From: a virus
Lineage: Duplodnaviria; Caudoviricetes
Virus record (IMG/VR): IMGVR_UViG_3300030376_001553
Span: 1-32,562 of that record
DNA: 32,562 nt
Direction: 5' to 3' (one strand)
Shown: positions 1 to 8,307 of the stretch, one piece after another
Layout: the number at the start of each line of letters is the position of its first letter
How positions within the stretch are numbered: the stretch's first letter is position 1
The notes under the pieces: model-generated
Seen by the model: only the letters and a program-made list of their open reading frames with translations
The model's database searches: none
Told to the model about the DNA's origin: nothing
Translations under genes and position numbers: made by a program

Positions 1-1964
1 AGTAGCTGTTCGGCATTTGTTGGAGCATTGCTAAGTACGAACCTGTAAGCAGAACTATTAAATGATGCACTATTTCCTCCTGTACCTGAGTAACTAGAGA
101 TTGTATTTATATAGAAGTTACCTATAGATTGAACTTCTTCCCAAGCGTTATTAGCTGCGTTTCTAACAAGCATCTTGTCAGAACCAGTATCGTAGTAAAG
201 GTCACCAGCATGGTCAGTACCAGAAGGAGCACCGTTACTTACTCTGTATCTCTCATTAAAGTCGTTTATATCTCCTGAAAGCTGTGCTACGTCAGATTCA
301 GTAGCTAGTAGTTTGTGGTAAGCGTAGCTATCGCTAGATCCACTAGAGACTAGCTGTAAACCTACACCAGCCGCTAGGACATTAGGGTTAGCGTTAGCAC
401 CAACACCACCATGTAAAGCATTAGGAATACCAGTAATAGTTACTGCTGCTCCTCCTGCTGTTGTGGCTCCAGAAGCTACTCCAGAACTGTTAATAGATAA
501 ACCACCAGCATCAGCCACACTGACTACTACATCCGCATCTGGTTGACTATTAGGGAACGTAACCTCAGTGGCTACAGTAACAAAACCACCAACAGCCGTT
601 ACAGCTCCAGTTACATAAGTAACAACAGCCGATGAAGTAGGTATCTTTGCAGCATCGTTTGTAACTGATGTTTCAGCAGCTCTATTCTCACAGATACTAT
701 TGATCTCTGCTGTAGTAGCTCCTAAAGCTGTACCTGAAGCCAGTATGGAAGCAGTACCACCTTGCATTCCAGCTAGAGTAGTTAACTCTGAATCAAGAGG
801 TTGCTTTGCGTCTAACTGTGTCTGTATTGCTGAAGTTACTCCGTCTACATAGTTCAATTCTGTAACGGTTAAAGTTGCTCCATCTAATATGGCTGCTTCA
901 GTACCAGTTAAGTCAGCCAAAGAAGAGGCTGTACCACTGGACATAGTTGCTAACTCAGTCAGCTCTGCATCTAAAGGTTGTTTAGCGTTTAACTGGGTTT
1001 GAATAGAAGAAGTAACTCCATCTACATATCCAAGTTCTGTAGCTGAAAGAGTATTAGGTATCCCATCTAAGACATTAAGTTCACCACTAGATACTGTAGC
1101 TCCATCTAGTATTTGAACTTCAGCCTGAGTTAAAGCTGCTAAAGCTGAAGCAGCGTTAGTTTGGCAGCTAGAAAGTGTTGTTAAATCTGTAGCTGATCCT
1201 TGTTTTGCATCTAACTGAGTCTGGACATTAGAAGTAACACCATCGACATAGTTAATCTCTGCTGTAGTAGCTGTTATACCATCTAATATTTCAACTTCTG
1301 ATTGAGTAAGGTCAGCTAAAGCATTTGCTGTAGCCTGAGCCATTGTGGATAACTCAGTTAGTTTTGCATCTACAGCAATAGTTATCTTCCCTGAAGAAGG
1401 GCTATTATCAGCAATAGTTACTGGGGCGGTACCTACAACATCCCCAGTTAGGGCAGTAGCTATTTTAGTATCTGATCTAGCATCAATAGCGGCACTTGTG
1501 GCTGCTTTAGAGTTATTACTAACCCAAGTATCTGAACTACCAAGGAAAGCTCCAAGATCAGGTAGTGTACCTGTACCAGAGGTTAAAGAAGCATATTTAT
1601 CATCAAACTCTTGAAGACTGAATCTAATCTGGTTATCTGCGTTATTAAGGTCAGTAGACGTAAGAGTTGAACCAGCCGTATAAACAACAGTTGCATCTTG
1701 GAACGCTGTTACCCTTTCTAATATGACTGTCCCTGTAACACCTGCATTTAAAACAACATTACCGCCATTAGGTTGCTCAACTGTACTGCTACCTGATATT
1801 TGGTAGGTACTGGTTCCACTTGCTGCATTGGTATAGGTAGTACCATTTACCTTTACAGTAATATCCGATTCTTGGATATAACCAATAGGACTACCACCAG
1901 CAGTAGTTAAAGCGAAGGTAGTTGTCGATGAACCTGGGGTATAGGTTCTTTTTGCGTATGACAT
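1..1964 (-). CDS. Tail fibre protein (T7 gp17-like N-terminus), partial, runs off the left edge
   Basis: Absent from the ORF track. The ATG at 1964 overlaps the upstream stop (TAATG). My translation is open to the edge (>650 aa). It starts MSYAKRTYTPGSSTTTF..IGYIQESDITVKVNG..ILERVT..YTAGSTLTSTDLNNADNQIRFSLQE, matching the T7 tail-fibre attachment domain, and follows the gp16-like gene. Confidence 0.9.
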   Translation of the reverse strand, partial: MSYAKRTYTPGSSTTTFALTTAGGSPIGYIQESDITVKVNGTTYTNAASGTSTYQISGSSTVEQPNGGNVVLNAGVTGTVILERVTAFQDATVVYTAGSTLTSTDLNNADNQIRFSLQEFDDKYASLTSGTGTLPDLGAFLGSSDTWVSNNSKAATSAAIDARSDTKIATALTGDVVGTAPVTIADNSPSSGKITIAVDAKLTELSTMAQATANALADLTQSEVEILDGITATTAEINYVDGVTSNVQTQLDAKQGSATDLTTLSSCQTNAASALAALTQAEVQILDGATVSSGELNVLDGIPNTLSATELGYVDGVTSSIQTQLNAKQPLDAELTELATMSSGTASSLADLTGTEAAILDGATLTVTELNYVDGVTSAIQTQLDAKQPLDSELTTLAGMQGGTASILASGTALGATTAEINSICENRAAETSVTNDAAKIPTSSAVVTYVTGAVTAVGGFVTVATEVTFPNSQPDADVVVSVADAGGLSINSSGVASGATTAGGAAVTITGIPNALHGGVGANANPNVLAAGVGLQLVSSGSSDSYAYHKLLATESDVAQLSGDINDFNERYRVSNGAPSGTDHAGDLYYDTGSDKMLVRNAANNAWEEVQSIGNFYINTISSYSGTGGNSASFNSSAYRFVLSNAPTNAEQL
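780..1350 (-). repeat. Three imperfect ~60-75 aa protein repeats in the tail-fibre shaft
   Basis: Cores INYVDGVTSNVQTQLDAKQ (~1200-1256), LGYVDGVTSSIQTQLNAKQ (~979-1035) and LNYVDGVTSAIQTQLDAKQ (~801-857), each preceded by LAxLTxxExxILDG. Confidence 0.85.
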
Positions 1965-4900
1965 TACTCAACACCTCCATCTAGTTCTAAACGGTTTTTA
2001 AGGATTAACTCTCTCATGTCTGCTGGCATTGGGAATTGAAGATCTTCAGGGGTTTCGCTACGAATCAACCACTGTTCTCTGGCTAACTCTATTATTCTAT
2101 CCCTTTCATTCTTAAGAATAATCCTTCTCATATTATTTTCTCTATCCCAGTCAGCATTGACACTTGTATCAAGACCTAATACTGGTCCTAGTTTAGACGG
2201 AGAATCCAGTCCAGGTCCAGCATTTTTATAGTTAGGATCATTAACTACTGATTTAAAGTAGTCATAAGCTCCTACATACTCCTTACCTCTACTATACGTA
2301 GTAAACTCAGTATTTAAGAAATGATTAAAGTCATTTAATACTCTATCGCTCATAACAACTCCACCTAAAGTTTTTGATCTATATAAAGTATCTTTAGGAG
2401 GTGGTATTAAATTAGCTAACATTTCTCTTCCTACTGGATCTTCAGTACCAGAAGGAAACGCCCAATATCTACCTAAAACAGCTTGTAATGGGTAGAAAAA
2501 TCCAGAATGATTAGCTTCAACTGTTTGTCCAGGTTTTCCCCACCAAATAGCTTGTCTACTTCTTTGTCTATTTTCTCCAAAAGTTTTAAAGAAACCATCT
2601 GAACTATCTAATGAATCTGAGGCTGCTATTATTCCATCAGCTATTAAGGCAGGTAAGTTATATTCGTAAGCTCTACCTAAGATGTTAGCTGCACCTCCAA
2701 ATATATTACCTTGAGGTTCATTTACATCCTTACCTTTCCATATACGTTCAGGTACTGTATAACCAGGACCAAACTTACTACCAGGATTAGCTGGTTTACT
2801 AGGATCAAAACCTTCCCAAACAAACTTACGTAAACCAGTATGAGGATCACCTACTTTAGCAGCAAATTCAGAAGCAATTCTTTCTAAAGGCTCTGTATTA
2901 CCTGTAGTAGCAGCAGATAAGGCTCTTTGTACTTTATCAAAACCTACCATTGCAGGTGTATCTAGAATTGTTAAAGCTGTGCCTACAATTGCTAAATTAG
3001 CTAAATCACCATCAGCAGTTTTACTACCAAACTGAGTGTAATCCCTTAAATTTGTTTGGAAAGCTAAAGTTTGACCTAGTAAGGGTATATAACGATAAGG
3101 AATCTCTTTACCATTAATGAGCCATGTATAAGGCTTTCTAACACCCTTGGCGTATTTATAAGTATATCTTTGATCGCCTGTTATATCTTGGTTTCCATCG
3201 TGAGTTAGGAAGAAGGCTGTAGCTTGAATACCAGTAGCTAAAGCTAAAGCACCTTGAGCTTTGATACGTACTTTAGGATCTGGACTTGTGTATTTACTTT
3301 CAAAATCAATAATAGATTGCCTCCACTTAGCAGGATCGCTATTAGTTTTTGCTGCTAAAGCATCCATCGCTTTAGTTAAAGCTTCTCCTGAGATAATTGT
3401 TTCATCATTAAAAGCTTTCTTTAAACCAATTCTTGTTAGATCAGCACCAGCTTGAACTAATTCTAAACCGTAGGCTAACTTAACAGCTCTTTTAATACCG
3501 TTAATAGGTGAAACAAGGAATGGGAAAATATCTCTACCAAACAACCTTAAATATATGTTTTTACTTTTACGGAAAGAATTAATAGCATCTTCTACATTCT
3601 TAAGTCCACCAGTTAATTCTGTTGTTAAGTTTACAGCTCTAGTTAGTTCTAAGATTTGTTCATCTAATACGGCATGACCTATAGTTTCAGCGTCATAACC
3701 TGCTTTTACAGGTGCATAAACTGAAGATAACTTTTCCTTATAAAGTTTATTAATAGTATCAGCACGATCAGCTTTATCTATCTCTCCTTTAGATATTAGA
3801 TCGTCTACTGTTCTAGATATACGTCCTCTTATAGAAGCATTTGCAAAGAAAGCTGTGTTAAATTCATCACCTGTAGCAGCCATTTGGCCCCACAAGCTTA
3901 GGTTTACTTCTTCTCCACCAGGATAATAACTCTTAGCACCAAAGCCTTCATCTACACCACCTAATACCTTTCTAGCTTTACCAGTTAAACCCATAGTAGC
4001 GGTAGTTGTACCACCCAGTATGTTTCTACCAACAGCACTTCTTTTCTTCCAAGCTTCAGCAGGAGCTAAGTAATCATGGAAAACTTTAGTTAAAACTCTA
4101 GCTTTATTAAACGTCTCAAATATCTTGCCATGATCCTTTCTGTTTAAAACATATTTAACAAAAGGTACTTGCATAGTATCGCTCTTTAAATCTTGAAGTA
4201 TGGCTTCTTCTCTCATACGTAAACCACCTTTTCTAAGTTCCCAAGCTTTATCAGCAGCTTGGCTTGCATCTGTAATTGATTTACCGTAAACAAATCTGGT
4301 ATAAGCAATATCAAAAGCTTCACCTATTACGTGTCTGAGATTATTTAATGTAGCTGCAGCTTGTTCAGCTTCTTTTAGACTTTCTTCTGCTCTTGGAGCT
4401 TCTTTAAGAATATACTTAGCAAATTTAGCGTCCATATGTCCTCCTACTGTACGACCTGTTAATTCACCAAAAGCTTCTAGACCACCTTGAATAGGAATAG
4501 AAAAATGAATAGCAGGGTTACTTAGAGGTGATCCAATTTGGAGTCTTGCTAAAACAGAGTCTCCTGTAACTTCAAGTTCCTTCAGTTTTGTATAATCACC
4601 TTTAGATTCGTATATTTTATCAATTAGTCTTTCTAAACCATCCATTTCTGTAGCACTAATTTCTGCACCATCAGCTACTTTTTGGAAGAAAGCTCCTATT
4701 GTTTTATTCTTATCAGCTACAGCTTTGTTATACTTATCAGCCCAAGCCTTCCCATAGTCTTCTGGGGAATCACCTAATTTTAATAACCCTTTATTCCATT
4801 CACTAAAGAGTTCTGTAGGATCAGTCGCTCTAAATCTAAGTCTATTCCTACGTGCCAAGATGTTAAGTAAATTACCTGAAGCATAGAAAGTTTCATTAAC

Positions 4901-7900
4901 AGCCGACATAGCAGCATCTAAAGCTGTAAATGATTCACTAAAATTCATTAGTGCTGTTTGTTTATCAAGTACTACTCCAGATTTATTAGTTACTTTTTCT
5001 CCTGCAAATATTTTCCTTAAATCTCTTACATCTCTTAAAGTTACTTCTAAAACATCGTCAACAGTAGCTGTAGTAGCCATAACTAAGTTAAAGTTCTCAC
5101 TTATGTTTTTAGCAAACGCTTCAGTCTCAGCAAATAAAGCTAACTGTCTAAGTGCTCTACTTTGCTCTGGTATAAAGGAAGCTAGTTTTTCTAAAGCTAC
5201 TTTGTATTGTATTGGTCTTGTTTTTAAACGATTTAATGTTTTAAATCTAGCTGTCATTAAATCTGCACTACCAGCAGACCTAGTTGCATATTTTAAAGCA
5301 TTTGTATTGTTAATTTTATTAGCATCATCAACTTTAAGAGGGTTATTTAATAACAAGTTTTGACGTTTAGCTTCTACTTCTTCCATTCCTCTAGTAATAT
5401 CGTCTATTGCATCTTCAGCTTCATCTATATTCATCTGACGTTTAAGAAGCTTATTAACCTTATTTTGTATAGTTTTAGGGTTAGGCGGTGTATTACTCTT
5501 AGGTAAAGAAGGTGCAGTCCTAGAAGCTAACTTATCTCCATCTATAACTAGCTTTCCATCTTCTGTAGTTTTAACTGGTACTTCATTTTCAATAGCAGCC
5601 GACTTCTCAGGTAAACCTTTAACTCTTTCTTGTCCTAGTTCTTGAGCAGCTTTGTCAGGATCAGTCTTGATCATGTCGTCCTCAAGAGCTTTAACGACCT
5701 TATTTGTAAGGTCATCAGTTCCTTGTTGTAGGCTTTTAACTGCTTTAGGACCAACTTCAGAAACAAACTGAACTGTCTTATCTAAATCTCTTAAAGCTTT
5801 TTGAACTGTTTCCTCACCTGCTACTCTTCCTACATTTAAAAGATTAATAACATCCCCAACTGTATTAATGACTGTCCTCTTTTCTAGAGGTACATTCATA
5901 CCTTTCTCTAGTTTTGCTATTGCTTCATTAAGTCTTTCAAAAGCTACCTTTGCTTGATCTCCATCTGGAGCCATTCTTATAAGCTTTGATATAAGAGTCT
6001 TTTTATCAACAGAAGTAGGAACACCATCTGCTACTACTTCTATCTTTCCTTTCTCTCCAATCTGTTGTATAGCTTTTGTAAACTCTTGTTTTGGAACATC
6101 AGGTGCTTTAAATCTTTGAGACTGTAAAGCTGCTTCATTAGTAGCTGTAATAGCTCTAGCTAATAATGGTGAAGCATCTCCAGTTAAAGGTACCTTACCC
6201 TCATCAGCAGCATCACCTAGTTTCTGCATAAACTGAGGCTTTTCAGGTACAACAGGAGCCATACCCCCTGTTTCCATTGATTTATTATGTAAATCATCTA
6301 ACTGCTGGACAAACTCATTCATAAATTTACGTTGAGTTTCACCCTTAGTTACGTCTAAGTTTCCAGTAGCTTGTACGATCTCAGCAGTTTGTACTAATTC
6401 CTGTAGTTTTCTATAAATGTCTCCTAAAGTTCCAGGGAAAGAATAATCAGTATTAACTTCATCTAAACGACCTTCTGCTACTAATTGACTATTACGTGCT
6501 TTTAATAGCTCAACACGCCTAGTATCTAAGTCGTTTAATGTTCTTAGTAAAATCTTTGCATCATTTATAGCGTTCCTGAATCCAGTAATACTTACATCAG
6601 CTTCAGTTCCTAACTTGACTCCCTCTGCTTCTCTGCTGACTCTAGCTAGGTCTACAGTATCTAAACCTTGTCTAACTGATTGTAGTTGCTCAATTCTTTG
6701 TAGAGCTTCTATTGCTTGAACAGCTTGGTTATAAAGTCTTACATTCTTTTTACCTCTAGATTTGAGCCAGTTAGGGTCTTTCCTTATTTGTTTCTCATAC
6801 TCTGCTACACGTTTAACAAGTAGTTTAAATTTACCTTTAAACTTTTCAGGTGTTTCTACGGAGTATTTCTTTTCTAATTGATTTAGTTCAACATTTATAT
6901 CATCTATTTGAGTTTTGATTTTAGTTGCATCTGGTATTTCACTTATCTCATCTACAACTTCATTTAAACGAGTCTGTATGGTAGCTGTCTCATTGATTAC
7001 TTTCTTAGCTCCTTCCCTTGCACTGTAAGCAATACGTCCTACATACTCATCAATCTTACGACTCATATCTACGTTAATATCTGCTAACTCTTCTTCACGC
7101 ATTTCAGCAGCTTTATTTAATTGAGTAGGCTCTACTTCAGCTTTAACTTCTGGCTCTACTTCTTCTACTGCTTCATCAAGTGCTTTTTTAGGTTCTACAC
7201 CTTCTGTTGTTTTCCTTAGTGTTTTATTAGCAACCTTAAAGGCACCTTTTAACGCTACAAAGAAACCTAAACCAGTTGCAACGTTCTTAAGCTGTTCAGA
7301 TACTAAATCAAATTCAAAGTCGTCTTCAGCTAGTAAAAGCTTCATACGAAGTTCTCTATCTTCTTGAGATTCAAGTTGTCTTATATTTTCTAGTTTTTGA
7401 TCTAAGTCATCTGGTAAGTCAACTCCAAAATACCAAACATCTTGAGCCATTTCTGGTATAGCTTCTTTTAAGAACCAAGCACCTACTCCAGCTAAACCAG
7501 CTTTAACGTCTTTTCTAGCCCAAGCTTGAGAAATACCGAATGATGCTTGAGCAACTTTAGGAGTAAAACCTGCACCTTTAATTACTGCACGTAAACCTTT
7601 ATCACCATAAAGAGCAGATATTATAGAACCCCCTAATTCACCCCACCAAGTTTTAGGATCTAAATCCCTCATTAATTCACTGTCTTCGCTTAAAGCACCG
7701 AAAACAGGAGTATCTGGTTTTATACCATAACTAAAGCCATCAGGTCTCTTACCTGTCTTTAGAAGAGCTTCTACGGCACTTACAGAATTAGCAGCATCTT
7801 TTTCGTCTTCATCAGTTAAAGCTTCTTTACCTATTGTCCAACCCATTTCTAATAGAGCTGGTGCAGTATTAATAACTCCTTGAATACCCTTAGCTACCAT

Positions 7901-8248
7901 TCTTCCACCTTCACCTTCCCAATCTGGTATCTCCTCTGGATCTCTCATATCCTGCGGCCAGAAATCCTTATCCATAGGATTTAAGGAAGTTTTAGGTCTA
8001 TTCTTACCTAAGAGCCTGTCTGTAAGGGATTGGTCTTGCCATGCCCTTTGTTCTGCTTGTTTACTTTCACGTTCTTCATCTGTACGTTTCCAAGGTAATG
8101 ATGATTCCTTTTCTTTAGGCTTTTCCTGAGTAGCTACAGGACTTTCTTGGGCTAGATCTTCAGCCCATTCTTCGTCATATCTTCTTTTTGCTTCATCAGG
8201 ATCAGAAATCCAAATATCTCTTCCACTTCTTAGAGGTACGTAAGGCAT
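1964..8248 (-). CDS. Large internal virion/ejection protein (gp16-like), 2094 aa
   Basis: Size, helical/coiled-coil composition and position between the gp15-like gene and the tail fibre. No catalytic motif recognised. Confidence 0.75.
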   Translation of the reverse strand: MPYVPLRSGRDIWISDPDEAKRRYDEEWAEDLAQESPVATQEKPKEKESSLPWKRTDEERESKQAEQRAWQDQSLTDRLLGKNRPKTSLNPMDKDFWPQDMRDPEEIPDWEGEGGRMVAKGIQGVINTAPALLEMGWTIGKEALTDEDEKDAANSVSAVEALLKTGKRPDGFSYGIKPDTPVFGALSEDSELMRDLDPKTWWGELGGSIISALYGDKGLRAVIKGAGFTPKVAQASFGISQAWARKDVKAGLAGVGAWFLKEAIPEMAQDVWYFGVDLPDDLDQKLENIRQLESQEDRELRMKLLLAEDDFEFDLVSEQLKNVATGLGFFVALKGAFKVANKTLRKTTEGVEPKKALDEAVEEVEPEVKAEVEPTQLNKAAEMREEELADINVDMSRKIDEYVGRIAYSAREGAKKVINETATIQTRLNEVVDEISEIPDATKIKTQIDDINVELNQLEKKYSVETPEKFKGKFKLLVKRVAEYEKQIRKDPNWLKSRGKKNVRLYNQAVQAIEALQRIEQLQSVRQGLDTVDLARVSREAEGVKLGTEADVSITGFRNAINDAKILLRTLNDLDTRRVELLKARNSQLVAEGRLDEVNTDYSFPGTLGDIYRKLQELVQTAEIVQATGNLDVTKGETQRKFMNEFVQQLDDLHNKSMETGGMAPVVPEKPQFMQKLGDAADEGKVPLTGDASPLLARAITATNEAALQSQRFKAPDVPKQEFTKAIQQIGEKGKIEVVADGVPTSVDKKTLISKLIRMAPDGDQAKVAFERLNEAIAKLEKGMNVPLEKRTVINTVGDVINLLNVGRVAGEETVQKALRDLDKTVQFVSEVGPKAVKSLQQGTDDLTNKVVKALEDDMIKTDPDKAAQELGQERVKGLPEKSAAIENEVPVKTTEDGKLVIDGDKLASRTAPSLPKSNTPPNPKTIQNKVNKLLKRQMNIDEAEDAIDDITRGMEEVEAKRQNLLLNNPLKVDDANKINNTNALKYATRSAGSADLMTARFKTLNRLKTRPIQYKVALEKLASFIPEQSRALRQLALFAETEAFAKNISENFNLVMATTATVDDVLEVTLRDVRDLRKIFAGEKVTNKSGVVLDKQTALMNFSESFTALDAAMSAVNETFYASGNLLNILARRNRLRFRATDPTELFSEWNKGLLKLGDSPEDYGKAWADKYNKAVADKNKTIGAFFQKVADGAEISATEMDGLERLIDKIYESKGDYTKLKELEVTGDSVLARLQIGSPLSNPAIHFSIPIQGGLEAFGELTGRTVGGHMDAKFAKYILKEAPRAEESLKEAEQAAATLNNLRHVIGEAFDIAYTRFVYGKSITDASQAADKAWELRKGGLRMREEAILQDLKSDTMQVPFVKYVLNRKDHGKIFETFNKARVLTKVFHDYLAPAEAWKKRSAVGRNILGGTTTATMGLTGKARKVLGGVDEGFGAKSYYPGGEEVNLSLWGQMAATGDEFNTAFFANASIRGRISRTVDDLISKGEIDKADRADTINKLYKEKLSSVYAPVKAGYDAETIGHAVLDEQILELTRAVNLTTELTGGLKNVEDAINSFRKSKNIYLRLFGRDIFPFLVSPINGIKRAVKLAYGLELVQAGADLTRIGLKKAFNDETIISGEALTKAMDALAAKTNSDPAKWRQSIIDFESKYTSPDPKVRIKAQGALALATGIQATAFFLTHDGNQDITGDQRYTYKYAKGVRKPYTWLINGKEIPYRYIPLLGQTLAFQTNLRDYTQFGSKTADGDLANLAIVGTALTILDTPAMVGFDKVQRALSAATTGNTEPLERIASEFAAKVGDPHTGLRKFVWEGFDPSKPANPGSKFGPGYTVPERIWKGKDVNEPQGNIFGGAANILGRAYEYNLPALIADGIIAASDSLDSSDGFFKTFGENRQRSRQAIWWGKPGQTVEANHSGFFYPLQAVLGRYWAFPSGTEDPVGREMLANLIPPPKDTLYRSKTLGGVVMSDRVLNDFNHFLNTEFTTYSRGKEYVGAYDYFKSVVNDPNYKNAGPGLDSPSKLGPVLGLDTSVNADWDRENNMRRIILKNERDRIIELAREQWLIRSETPEDLQFPMPADMRELILKNRLELDGGVE

Positions 8249-8307
8249 TTATTTATACAAATAGTGTGGGCTTCTTACTCCAAATTAACCGATATGACTG
8301 AAAAAGG

